From Octopus vulgaris (taxonomy: Eukaryota), in NCBI GenBank assembly GCA_951406725.2, contig OX597833.1, forward strand, positions 9,486,001 to 9,550,000: DNA of 64,000 nt. The letters run 5' to 3'. Below, piece after piece: positions 1-12,686 of this stretch. Each line of letters begins with the position of its first letter. The stretch's first letter is position 1. A program made the translations under genes and the position numbers. The notes below the pieces were generated by a model. That model saw only the letters and a list, made by a program, of their open reading frames with translations, made no database searches and was not told the DNA's origin.

Positions 1-120
1 GAGCCATTAATAGTGGTCATCCTTTTTGCTAGAGGAAGATCCGCTATGGTCTTATATGCTACACCACTGGTTTTCAATTCATATTAATCAAATTAATATT
101 CAATTTTTCACCCTTATTAT
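1..120. repeat. Interspersed repeat fragment, unclassified
   Basis: Closely matches the reverse complement of 36635-36755 (shared ...GAAGATCCGCTATGGTCTTAT.TGCTACACCACTGGTTTTCAATTCAT...). Confidence 0.7.
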
Positions 121-750
121 GTGTGTGTGTGTGTTTATTAGCAATTCGTATAAAATTGCATCAATGACTTGAACTTGAATAAGTGGTTTCACATAAATGG
201 GGATAAATTTAAAAGGTTTGTTGTTATTATTATTACTGTTTGACTATTGTAATCACGTTTGTTGGTTCCTCGTCAGAGAAACGTTGTTGTGTTGCATTTG
301 TTAAATAATTGTAAACCGTAACCCTTCCCCTTTCGGAGAAGGGGCTTTGGTTATTGTTTAAAAATTGAATTGTGTCCCTGTCTGGGGAAATTGACAATAT
401 TTTCACCGTCTTTACGGAAGCATTTTTGTTAAAATGCCTTCGATAGAAGAAAGTCCAAAAATGAATTTCGCTGCAGCCGTACACTTCTATACAAGAGGGA
501 GGACAAGATCCAATTGATCGAAATTGCAAGAGACGGGCTTACAATTCCAGTCTGTTATATATTTTGAGTATTGTTATCACTCGCGATATCAAGATATAAC
601 TTTCTATTTTGTATTTTATGTGTAGATGTATATATATAGATGTATATATAGATGTACATGTAATATGTACACATATATATACACATATATACATGCATAA
701 TATATCTACCCATACATACATACGCACACACACACACACACACATACATA

Positions 751-885
751 GGGGCAGGTGTGGCTGTGTGGTAACAAACTACGTTCCAAACACATGGTCC
801 CGGGTTCAGTCTCACTGTGTGGTGACTTGGCATGTGTCTTTTGCTGTAGCTTCAGACCAACAAAAGCCTTCTCAGTGGATTTTGT
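751..885 (+). mobile_element. tRNA-derived SINE family A, head (degenerate)
   Basis: A-box-like TGGCTGTGTGGT and B-box-like GGTTCAGTC; matches other copies at 12116, 39960 and 54581. Confidence 0.7.
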
Positions 886-1019
886 ACATACATACATACA
901 TACATATATATACATGCTTACGTACATATTCGGCATAAACACTCTACCACTACAACTAATAACTGTTGGGAACACTTTGAAACCTGCCTTAGATTCGAAC
1001 CGGAATCTCAAAAACATTG

Positions 1020-2713
1020 TCCCCTTCAGCGCCAAGCTCAACTGCTCTATCCTGACATGGAGGGTATCAGCAATGAAATCTATAACAAAACACTCATTGA
1101 CGTTGAAGACAGAATTGCTAAACTGGGTGGAAATTAATTGTCGACGTATGGTCTGCTACAAGCATTCAGGTCAGGGTCAAATAGCCTTCCCACTGCTGTC
1201 ATTCGTGAAACAACCTATGACACTCAAGTGCTTTCAAAGTACATTGTTGAAAATAAGCCTAAATTACTTCCGGACCAGCTGCATGCCTACAGAACTATTC
1301 TTAACAGTGTACGCCAACGCGAGGGACGAATCCTCTTCCTCGATGCTCCTGGAGGGACAGGAAAAACATTTATTACAAAGCTTCTCCTTGCAGAAGTCAG
1401 GTAGCATCAGGACATTGCAGTAGCTGTAGCCTCCTCTGGCATTGCAGCTACTTTGATACCTGGTGGCAGGACAGCACACTCAACTTTTAAACTCCCTCTC
1501 AATTTAGCAGCATCCGAAATGCCTTCATGCAACATCAACAAAAGCTCAGATCAGGGACAAGTACTTAAAATGTGTTATGTAATTGTCTGGGATGAGTGCA
1601 CTATGGCTCACAAGGGAGCTTTGGAAGCATTAGATAGAGCCCTGAAAGACATCCGAGACTGTCAAGCTCCAATGGGAGATGTAACGCTTCTGTTGTCAAG
1701 TGATTTCAGGCAAACTCTTCCTGTCATTCCGAAAGGCACTAGAGCTGACGAAGTTCAAGCATGCCTAAAGTCCTCTACCCTGTGGCATCATGTTACAATC
1801 TTTAGTCTCACCACTAACATGAGAGCTCAGTTACACGGCGACAAAATGTCCACAAAGTTTGCACAGGACATTTTGACACTTGGTGAAGGCAAGATGCCTC
1901 TCGATGCTGCAGGACAAATGGAAGTGTGGTCATTTTCCTTTGTTGTTAATTCTGTAGATGACCTCAAAAACAAAGTCTTTCCCAACTTCACACAAAACTA
2001 CCAAAATCACAATTGGCTGTGTGAAAGAGCAATATTAGCTCAAAAAAACGTCGCTGTTAAAAAAATTAATCAACAGCTAATGCATTCTCTTCCCAGCATT
2101 ATACACACTTACAACTCTGTTGATACAATTCCAGATATAAATGAAGTTGTGAACTATCCTCCTGAATTTCTCAATTCACTGGAGCCTCCTCGACTACCTC
2201 CACACATATTAGCACTTAAAGTTGGAACTCCTGTAATGCTACTCCGCAATCTGGAACCACCAAGACTTAGCAATGGAACACGAGTGGTGATAAAGAAAAT
2301 GATATTACACGTTATCGAGGCGATCATTCTTTCTGGATGTGGAAAAGGTGATGACGTCTTTATTCCAAGATTTCCTCTTACTCCATCAGGAGCAGAAATT
2401 CCATTTACATTCAGAAGACTGCAATTCCCCCTTCGTGTCAGCTTTGCCATGTCCATTAACAAATCTCAGGGTCAAACCCTCTCTGTAGCTGGTCTTCTCT
2501 TGGAAGAGCCCTGCTTCTCGCATAGGCAACTGTATGTTGGCTGCTCAAGAGTAGGAACCAAAAGAAACCTTTTTGTATATACTCCACAAGGAAAAACAAG
2601 GAACATTGTTTACAACGAGGTGTTATAATCTCAACAGCCAGGAGGTATATACATGATCCCCTTTTTTTAACAAATTTCATGTACTTTCATGTATTTATAT
2701 TAATATACATATA

Positions 2714-2774
<61 letters not shown>

Positions 2775-2843
2775 CCATATATATAACAGAAAGTCTAATT
2801 CTTCTATTGAATGTAACCGGGCAACGCCGGGTATCTCTGCTAG
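1020..2843 (+). mobile_element. Helitron, 5'-truncated (PIF1 helicase half of RepHel plus intact 3' end)
   Basis: Helicase motifs DAPGGTGKT, IVWDEC, DFRQTLPV and SFAMSINKSQGQTL. Subterminal hairpin CCGGGCAACGCCGG (2817-2830), then CTAG (2840-2843) followed by T. Confidence 0.92.
1024..2628 (+). pseudogene. Helitron PIF1-like helicase, interrupted by in-frame stops
   Basis: One reading frame runs through ORFs 1138-1404 and 1453-2628, with TAA at 1135-1137 and TAG at 1402-1404. No Rep/HUH domain is present. Confidence 0.85.
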
Positions 2844-2861
2844 TATAAGATAAAGAGTAAA

Positions 2862-2957
2862 AACACTACGATCGTTTCATGCCCGTAACCAATTCGAATA
2901 ACAATAATTTAAATTCAATTAATAATTCGAATTATGGTTACAGTCAATCTTCAGGTT
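2862..2957 (-). ncRNA. Minimal type-I hammerhead ribozyme-like motif with extended stem II
   Basis: Minus strand reads AC-CTGAAGA-[~70-nt hairpin TTGACTGTAACCA...TGGTTACGGGCAT]-GAAA-C-GATC-GTA-GT. Stem III loop is palindromic (CGATCG); stem I is weak. Confidence 0.55.
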
Positions 2958-3829
2958 AATTGTAATATTTTAATAAATAATCAGAAATATTTAAACAGTA
3001 TTTTTTAAGAAATAAATAATATAATAATTTTTCTTATAAAAAAACTCTATTATCAAACTAGAAACTTAACGATTATGATTATGTCAAAACATCGATTATA
3101 ATAATATAATATAATATAATATAATATATATATATACGTTCTGAATTCGGCTTTGTTTTTCCTTCTTCTGAGTCGATAAAATAAGTACCAGCTGAGCACT
3201 GGAATCGATGTAATCGACTTATGTTCTCTCACTGACTTGCTGGCCTTGAACCAAAATTTGGAACCTATATTATAATCATTAATAAACGCGAGCACTATAA
3301 AAATATGTACGCGCTTTGAAGAATAAAACAAAAAAAGTAAACATACATACATATTTGAATATACATTGTTAATAAAAATATTTTGAAACACGAATACAAC
3401 TCACATAAAGAATAACCGCTAAAAATTAAACAAAACTATCGACTTCATGCTAAAAAGATAACTTCTCTCAAAGCAATGGAAGCATCACAAAGTAAACCAC
3501 CTAATTCACAGAAATAAACCTTCACAGAAATGGAGAAAAAATAGCACTTTAGAAATGACTAAACATACAATAAACAAGCAATTTACGAAAGAAAAGATGT
3601 ATTACAAGGTGACACATGAAATCTTATCGTAGGGAACAAGCTGCACAAAAAGCAAAGTCATTGAATATTCAAATCTATCCAGGAATGGGAGCTTGATGTT
3701 TGAAAGAGTAAGTGCCATTTTGACGAAACCACCAAAAAATGGACAAAAAATAAGTCGCATAAAATTAAAAAAGAAAGCTGGAAATACTTTTAGCTGTATA
3801 GAGCGTGATTTTGATGTAATATTCTTTTT

Positions 3830-4008
3830 GATTTTGGTACAAGAGCAGCACTTTTAGGGGTAGGGGTCTCTTTATTTTATCAACCCACAAAACGATGACA
3901 GGCAAAGTTGACCTCGGTGGGATGTGAAGTCAGAGTGTAAACAGCCGGAAGAAATGCCGCTAAGCATTTTTTCCGATGCTCTAAAAATGTTCTGCCTGCT
4001 CGCTACCT
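3830..4008 (-). mobile_element. tRNA-derived SINE family B (degenerate)
   Basis: Plus strand GGCAAAGTTGACCTCGG...GAAATGCCGCTAAGCAT, as in the better copy at 10812-11040. Confidence 0.7.
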
Positions 4009-4597
4009 TATGGCATAATAAAAAAGTTCAACAAAAAAATGACAATTGTATAACCAACATCACTTACTAATTCCAGTTAATTAGCAGAGGCACAGTTCAG
4101 CCAAATAGTGTTTATTATACACTGTTGATAGCTGCCCCGCTCAAAAAAACCTAAAAGAACGTGAAGCATGGTAAATTATGTCCAGTCTTCTCCATGCTAA
4201 ATATGATAGTATTAAAGTGTTCAAATAGGTTGATATACATCTATTATATAAAATCCGTTCTGTGTGTGTGTGTGTGTGTGGGGTGCGTGTGTGTATTCTA
4301 CGATTTCGGGCATCCTCCATCAATTGCGCTCAAATTTGATTTGTAGATACCGACGGTATGAGGGCGTCGTGTATAAGTCTTGAAAAAGTTACAAAAATCG
4401 ATTCCAGGTGAGAATGCGACCTATAAAGCTGCGGGAACGTGCATTTGTACGCGCAAGTACATCAGCTGTTGCGATGTACTTACTAGTACTTTAAACTCTT
4501 CGGTTGCATATTTGTGTGAATAAAATCGTTTTTCTTTGGAATAGAAAAAATCTATCTTTATTTCTTCTTTTGCTGGTGTCTCAAATTTAGGTTAAAT

Positions 4598-4657
4598 CAG
4601 TGTTTCTCAATGGGGAGGCATATGGGACGGTCGGACAAGTTGTTTTGAGAAAATTTG
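4598..4657. mobile_element. 60-bp hAT (Charlie-like) internal-deletion relic
   Basis: Left TIR CAGTGTTTCTCAA, degenerate right TIR TTGAGAAAATTTG, and 8-bp TSD-like flanks GGTTAAAT/GTTTAAAT (7/8 match). Confidence 0.55.
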
Positions 4658-4715
4658 GTTTAAATGTTTGACAAATCAGCACCGTCCATTGGACGGAGTG
4701 CGCTTTGCTCGTATA

Positions 4716-4771
<56 letters not shown>

Positions 4772-4779
4772 CATACACG

Positions 4780-4818
<39 letters not shown>

Positions 4819-5489
4819 ACACACACATATATATATATGGCACTACTCGTTGTTCAATAGGGAGTTGTTTCATAGGTGACGTCCAAAAACATTCTCCAAA
4901 CAATGACTCCTGAAGTTCTCTCATCAAAAAAAAAAAAAAAAAAAATGCGCCCACTTGATAATTCACGCGAAATGGTGACATGACGTCTCTCAAATGATAT
5001 TAGATCTGCTTGCTGACCACAGAGTCTGCATTTATAGGAGGATTCGTAATGTCATCCTCTGTATTAAAGACTATATAGACATTGAATTGGTTAATCTTGC
5101 TCTTTTATTCCCATCCATCTATACATGCAGTGTTGACTAACAGGCTGTATATATAGATTTTATAGTATAGTATACTTAAATAGAAACATTAAGACATCAT
5201 TAATTCATTAAGAATTAACATATCTTTAAGCTTCACACTAAAATGTGAAAAATCTTGCGTTCAGAACCTTTTTTTATTGCACAACCAAGTACAACACTGA
5301 AGTCTTGTGTTTTATTATTTTCATCTTTGTCCAGTGTCAAGTAGAGTTGATATTATTGAAAGTTGTCTGCATCAGAAAGCATAATGTCTGATATTGCTGT
5401 TTTATTATTGAAGATACACTCCAGTAATTCATTTTTCTGACCATTGGATCTATCCACGTGCATTCTATGCAATATGTATACAATAAATA

Positions 5490-5621
5490 GGCACAGGCAT
5501 GGCTGTATGGAAAGAAGTTTCGGTTCAGTGCCACTGCATGACGCCTTGGGCAATTCTCATTTACTATAGGCTCGGATCGACCAAATCCTTGTAAGTGGAT
5601 TTAGTAGACGGAAATTAGAAG

Positions 5622-5706
<85 letters not shown>

Positions 5707-5890
5707 ATGTGTGTATGTGTGTTAGTGTTGGTGTGTTTACATTCCCGTCAGCTAGCGATTGGGCAAAAGAAACCGATAGGATAAGCACCAAGCTTTAAAA
5801 ATATAAATAAGTGGTTGATTTGTTCGACTAGATTTCTTCAATCTTGATCTCCAGCGTGACCGAACTTTAATGACTGAAACAAGTAAAAGA
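5490..5890 (+). mobile_element. SINE family A (head, internal (TG)n, tail)
   Basis: Head 5490-5625, (TG)n 5623-5702, tail ending ...TGACTGAAACAAGTAAAAGA. Confidence 0.7.
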
Positions 5891-6379
5891 CGGATACAAG
5901 ATACATGGCAGTGTTATTTTCTCTGTGTGGTTTATGTGTAAGTCCAGTTGTACACTTTGTAATATGAACAACATATCCAGAAATGTTATTGCATGGAAAT
6001 TATTCTTGCAATATGTAAACACTGCCTAGATTTGTTAGTTTTCGACTGTTTTGCATAAATACGTTGTTGGATTTTGAGTGAGTTACTTAGAGAGAATATT
6101 TCTGTTTTGAAACCGCTCATTCTAAATATGTCTCGTTTTAGGTAGTACTGTTTTTACTCTCTTCTGACTTATATTTACTTCAATCTTCTTTAGGTTTTAG
6201 AAATGAAGGGCCTTTTATTGCTATCATGGTACTATGACATTCTGTAGTCCCTTTATCAGTTTAGGCACTAGGCTTTAAGAATTGTTGTTGCTGTGTTGCC
6301 ATTCCTCTCACAACAGCATTCTTCTGTTTTATATTTATTGGCTTCCTTGAAGATACAACACAGCATGTGTAGTGCCTCC

Positions 6380-7450
6380 TAGTGTTAGGCACCTAATATT
6401 ATAAAGATTCATTTTTATTTCAGTCACCAAATTCTGATCGTCTTTATTTTCAGATTTTTGTATTTAGATCATTTTTCCATTTCTTTCAGAGATATTTTAT
6501 CGTGAGTTGTACTTTTATTTTAAGGCGCTTCCTCTCTCTTGGTTCTTTACAGCAATATCAGATTGATATGACTTGATCACCTCGTTATATGGATTGACTT
6601 ATCCCAGAATATGATGAGATCTTTTCTCGTATATAGTCTTTGTTGATGTTTCATCATGTTGGCGTAGTCCCAAGTCCGTCGTGTCTATAGATGTAATCTG
6701 CTTTATCAGAGACTGAGAAGCCAAACTAGTTAATTCCTTCTCATCTACCTCTGTATATTCTACACAAAAAATATTCTTACATTTGTTTTTGTGGTTGTTG
6801 ATGGAAAGAGTTTGATCGGGTCACATTCAAAAACCATTTCGTCTCAGCTTTGAAGTCTGCAGATTATAATTATATTAAAAGAAAAAGAAATAAAGAAATT
6901 CAGTATCCCTTTATGTTTTTATTTAAGTATAACCCGTATTTCGTGGTTGTTCTGCAGATATTGGATTATTAGATTTAAAGCTACATCCGGCAACCTTAGA
7001 TATCTAGTTCCATTCTTATAGTCCTTGCTATGGAAAGCAAACGAGCTTTCTTTGAAACCAGGAAATTCACTTTCAAATTGAATATCCAAAATCTTCAGCT
7101 CTTGAAATTGTTGCAAAATCTTTCATTATGGTAACTTGACGGCAATTCTAGATACTTTGACGTTCATAATTTTGGTGCGGAGATTTTCCTATTTCCTCAC
7201 GTTTTTTGCTTTCCACTCTATGAAAGTGGCCAGCAACATGATTACGGAAAACTCAACTTTTGCAGTAGTCTTATTTATAAAGAGTGCTTTCACTGCACTG
7301 CCGAACACAGTTCTGTGTGCCTTGGGTATGAGCAGTGTTTTATGTTTGTGTTGTTTCAGTTCTACTGAAGTAATAATGAGCAGAATACTCATGAGGTGTA
7401 TTTTCTGTATTTAATTATTCCCATGAAACGCAACGTTTTAGGGATCGTTT
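6380..7450 (-). mobile_element. Very old R4/Dong-like RLE LINE remnant
   Basis: Minus-strand fragments LIIFWD, DKISLKEMEK, SKYKNL and a KAET-like segment match the endonuclease region of the 18256-19449 copy. The extent beyond ~6860 is uncertain. Confidence 0.55.
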
Positions 7451-7844
7451 CTGTTTTGAGTCCTTACGTTCGGTTTATATCTGCTTCTAGATCTTGATAT
7501 TGGGATAAGTTCCCCATTAGTTTTATTAATGTTTTCACTATGAGAGTGGTGCACAGTATAACTGTTAAAGCGCCGGGAAAAGTGTATGGTAGCATTAATT
7601 TATGTGACTTTATGCTCACATCTCACAGATTTCAACTTCTTTTATGCTCTGGGAATTGATAAATTTACCGTCATAAGCTATGCGATAAATATAATCATAC
7701 CATATGAATTCTAAAATCTCTGACTTATATATATATATATATATATATGAAGAATATTTGTCCACAGTTGCAATGTTGAGCATTCATTCTCACTGTTCGA
7801 TTCTAACGCGCGCGCGCACACACATTATTGGTTGTCTACATCAT

Positions 7845-8150
7845 CATCAGAACCACTGACGACAACATTACCATCTCTATACCATTAAACACTAATACCT
7901 CAACCATTATTATCATCATCATCACAAACTTAGTACAGCAGCTACCATCGCCACCACCATCATCATCAGTATACTAATCATGGTCATCATCACGTTCGTG
8001 ATGCTGATTATGAAGATGATGATTATGATCATCGTCGTCACCCCCGTCATTGTTATCACCACCACCACCACCTCCACCATCATCACTGTCAACATCATTA
8101 TCGCAGCCACAGTTATTATCAGAACTACAAGTATCAGCATCATCTTCATC
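7845..8150. repeat. Degenerate (CAT/CAC)n low-complexity tract
   Basis: Runs of catcatcat and caccaccac. Confidence 0.8.
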
Positions 8151-8693
8151 TGCAGCAAGAGCTTCCTTTCTCCTCACAGTCAAACATCTCTTCTTCATCG
8201 CCCACTCTATTTATGGTTCAGTGAAAGGAAAGAGCAATCGGAAAACATGTTACTCACCTACCCCCCCCTCCTCATTTACTTAGGCACTAACACATATTCA
8301 AAAGAACCACCACGCCCACCCTAACCGTACATCACCACCATATCCTAACAAAACAAATTCTTCCCGACATACTGATATCTGTGAAACGCAACAAAAACTA
8401 AAGTACAAAATTTAGATGGAATTTCTTTCAGATATTTTCAGTGAATGAATTTTGTTGCATACTTCGCAGGTTTTTCTTTTACTCGATTTATCATTCAGGC
8501 ATATAAAGTGGACCCCATTTTTATTGTAAAGGGGCTGGAAATGCTGTTGCTAGCAATAACAAAATAATAGGGAGATGAATTGAGAGGAATTGTGTGGAGG
8601 AATTAAAAAGTACATTAACCCTTCTACTTTTTTTCCGATATCTTTAGATTTATAAATCAAGGGAATTGATGTTATACATGCATACCTACCTAC

Positions 8694-8695
<2 letters not shown>

Positions 8696-8724
<29 letters not shown>

Positions 8725-8840
8725 TGTATGTATGTATGTATGTATGTATGTATGTATGTATGTATGTATGTATGTATGTATGTATGTATGTATGTATGTA
8801 TGTATGTATGTATGTATGTATGTATGTATGTATGTATGTA
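8696..8840. repeat. (TATG)n microsatellite
   Basis: Long perfect tetranucleotide run. Confidence 0.95.
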
Positions 8841-9479
8841 TTGTCATAGCTGTATGGCAAAGATGTTCTCTTCACAATCAAGAGGTTCTACATTCAATCT
8901 CACTTCACTCTACTTAGAAAGGTTAACGTTCTCTAGCGGAGTCACTGATCAGAAGAGAAAAATTTTAGAGACAGAGAAACAGTAGAGCATCGAACAAAAT
9001 CTATTGTGGTATGATTTAGTTATTTGATCAGTGGAGTTTAAATCCCAGCAACGTTAATCCTACTTTTCATCTTTCCAAGATGAATGAAATCTAGTGGGTG
9101 GATATAATCAGTTTTGATTTTTGAAGGCTTGTATATAGCCGCTATGAGTTAACAGAAATACATACACTTACATAGACACATACATGCTTACTTAAATACA
9201 TACGCATACATATTTAATCTACACTTGCTGAACACCCTGTTTATAATCAACAATAAAAGTAATAGCATCAGGAGATTAAGCTAGGTACTGAACCAAAGTG
9301 GCTGGACTGACTTTAATTAGGAACTTTGAAGATAAACACCCACCATACTAGCAAAAATTTATACATAAGTACATATCCTGCCAGTTAGAGAATACCAACA
9401 ATATCCTTTCCAGAAGACTGTGACTTTACTATCTAACAAGAAGTGGCTATCAAATACCAAATCAGCAAAAGTGATAACG

Positions 9480-9860
9480 TGCCTCTAAACTTTCATTCTG
9501 TAATAAAAGTGTTGATAGTTCCATACCATCAGTGATAATCAAAAAATTTCCGCAAGATACCTTTCCATAGGATATAATATTGTCGCTAAGACTGTCCGCA
9601 GTACCACACACACGAAAGGTTGTCCTAATGGCCATATCAAAGGCAACATGGAAGTATCCACAACTTTTAAAATATAGAATACAAGTGGAACATTCCAATA
9701 AAGATAGCAACACAGTAAAAGCACAAAAAGCGAGATATAGTTGTATGGGAGAGGAAACAGTGGCCATGTTCTGTAGTAGAGACCAAAGTCCGATGGAAGT
9801 GCACGTCTCATTAAAAATTGGGGAAAGAAAAACAGTACAGGAGAACTGATGAGAAACCAA
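9480..9860 (+). mobile_element. Possible degenerate Penelope-like coding remnant
   Basis: Peptides PSVIIKKFP and SNTVK...YSCM resemble the PLE RT-to-GIY-YIG linker (HPPSIIK.IP; NTVK.SYSCM). Heavily decayed. Confidence 0.35.
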
Positions 9861-10204
9861 CAATTCAAATATCCAGGCTATAGATTTTCATTTTTACCTA
9901 TTATCATGGGCTAGGTAACAACAGGTTTGTATAAAACTTTTGAAATGTTGGGGTCCTCTAAAGTATAACAGAGTAAACAATCAATTAGAGTTAATGTGAA
10001 GTAAGAATATATGAAACATTCTAGCAATTCCTCATTTGAGGTCTCTGAGCTGCACGCATGCGTGAACTCACCTATATGGAATATCCAAACTTGTTAACAA
10101 CATAAACAATATTGAAACTCATAAACCTATGTACTAAAAGTGACATGCAAACATATCACCCGAGTATAAGTTTATTCACACTCACACACGCATAGACACA
10201 CGCA

Positions 10205-10399
10205 AAAACGATGACAGGCAAAGTTGACCTCGGTGGGATGTGAAGTCAAAGTGTAAACAGCCGGAAGAAATGCCGCTAAGCATTTTTTCCGATGCTCTAA
10301 AAATGTTCTGCCTGCTCGCTACTTTATGGCATAATAAAAAAGTTCAACAAAAAAATGACAATTGTATAACCAACATCACTTACTAATTCCAGTTAATTA
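10205..10399 (+). repeat. ~195-bp near-identical copy of 3889-4083
   Basis: Two mismatches seen. The copy includes the SINE fragment and its non-SINE flank. Confidence 0.9.
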
Positions 10400-10811
10400 C
10401 ACATACCAAACATTTTAGATAAGCACATACCCAAATATCTTTGTTAGTAACTGATTAGAATTCTGTAAAGGGGAAAAAATAAAATCCAAAAGTGTATTGC
10501 TTCATAGATACATATACACGCACATGCATACGCACATACATAAACGTATGCGTATAAGTGGAGGTGTGTATGATTCTGCATCTATGTGCGAGTTTGTTTA
10601 CATACGAGTTCTCAAAATGTGTTGAATTTATTTTGAAACAACCGATAATTCCTTCTGTCGATTGTTAAAGATTATTGTCCGATTAGGTCTATCAGCCGAC
10701 AGTGTATCGCTAGTAAAATACTTTCTCCATCCCTTTTTCACTCTCTCCTTCTCTTTTTCTCTCACTCGCTATCTTCCTCTCTGTGTGTATATGGATATAT
10801 ATATATATATA

Positions 10812-11040
10812 TTTCTTTATTGCCCACAAGGGGCTAAACATAGACGGGACAAACAAGGACAGACAAAGGGATTAAGCCGATTACATCGACCCCAGTGAGA
10901 ATCGGTACTTAATTTATCAACCACGAAAAGATGAAAGGCAAAGTCGACCTCGGCGGAATTTCAACTCAGAAAGTAACGGCAGACGAAATACCGCTAAGCA
11001 TTTCGCCCGGCGTGCTAATATTTCTGCCAGTTTGCGGCCT
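10812..11040 (-). mobile_element. tRNA-derived SINE family B
   Basis: Minus strand has an A-box-like TGGCAGAA.., a B-box-like GAGTTGAAATTCC and a body ...GCCTTTCATC...; about nine copies in the window. Confidence 0.8.
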
Positions 11041-11044
11041 TCTT

Positions 11045-11560
11045 TCTTCGGTCCTTTGCGTCACGTGAGCTCAATTCACTACCTCTCTTCATCTGACACC
11101 AATCCCACATGGATTTCCACACAATTCCTACATTCAACTGCCCACCTTCACCTACACATCTGCATACCGCCTACATATACCGTCACGCACATATAAACAC
11201 TATATAAACATGCATACACACTGCGCAGCTCATTACTCACTTCATACACCATTACACGCTCACCCACGATCACCTTCCCACTCCATACACACTAACATCA
11301 AACTCTCCTAGCACCCACACCACTCACCATTATCCACACATCCACACACTATTATCCACATACCCACACAGAATCTTCAGTAGCAACACCACACACACCA
11401 CTATACGATTAGCCCCACTCATTCGCCATGTTGGACCGATGAAATATACAAGTTTTGTTTCATTCTCACTGTTTATTTTCCCTTATTCCTTTCTGATGAA
11501 GAGCATGGGCTCGAAACGTGAAGAACTTTATCATTTTTCCCGAGCGTCGAACTAATATGT
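11045..11560 (+). mobile_element. Penelope-associated 3'/pLTR-like fragment with hammerhead-like motif
   Basis: CA-rich tract followed by CTGATGA-A-GAGC-ATGG-GCTC-GAAA-CGTG (11493-11520). Downstream sequence resembles 41895-41930. Confidence 0.55.
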
Positions 11561-11747
11561 TTAGCGGTTCGGCAAAAGAGACCAATAGAATAAGTACAGG
11601 GCTTACAAAGAATAAGTGGTGGTGTGGATTTACACGACTAAAGGCGGTACTCTAGCATGTCACAGTCAAATTACTGAAACATATAAAAAGAGTAAAAAAA
11701 GATATATATATATATGTGTACAAACACAGACACACAAACATATATAC

Positions 11748-12000
<253 letters not shown>

Positions 12001-12057
12001 ACTATTACCTTTGAAGGTGATAACATCGTTATTATATTTTAAATTAACGATCTTATC

Positions 12058-12115
<58 letters not shown>

Positions 12116-12118
<3 letters not shown>

Positions 12119-12278
12119 GACGGGCTTCTTTCAGTTTCCATCTACCAAAACCACTCAGAAGGCTTTGGTCGGCTCGAGGCTATAGTAGGAGGCACTTGCC
12201 CAAAGTGCCTCGCAGTGGGAATGAACCCCGAAACATGTGGTTGGTAAGCAAGCTACTTACCGCACAGCCACGCCTACG

Positions 12279-12281
<3 letters not shown>
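12116..12281 (-). mobile_element. SINE family A head
   Basis: Minus strand GGCGTAGGCGTGGCTGTGCGGTAAGTAGC...GGTTCATTCCC...GAAAGAAGCCCGTCG, flanked by (TA)n. Confidence 0.85.
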
Positions 12282-12314
<33 letters not shown>

Positions 12315-12621
12315 AACATATATATACATATATATATGCACATATATATACACATATATATACATATAGATTCATATATATATATATACACACATATATA
12401 TATATACAAACATATATATACATGTAGATTCATATATATATATATATACACATATATATATATATATACAAACATATATATACACATATATATATAGATT
12501 CATATATATATACGCATACATATATACATACATATATATATACATATGTATGTATGTATATATATAAACATATTTATATGTATATATATATATGTGTGTG
12601 TGTGTATATATATATGTATGT

Positions 12622-12686
<65 letters not shown>

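Noticed and set aside
5905-5943. ATG-MAVLFSLCGLC followed by GTAAGT as the Ly6 signal-peptide exon
   Set aside because: The strong donor is phase 0 but phase 1 is needed. The peptide is short and directly abuts a SINE tail.
7922-8324. Asp/His/Gly-rich and hydrophobic ORFs
   Set aside because: Translations of a degenerate CAT/CAC repeat, with no splice or domain support.
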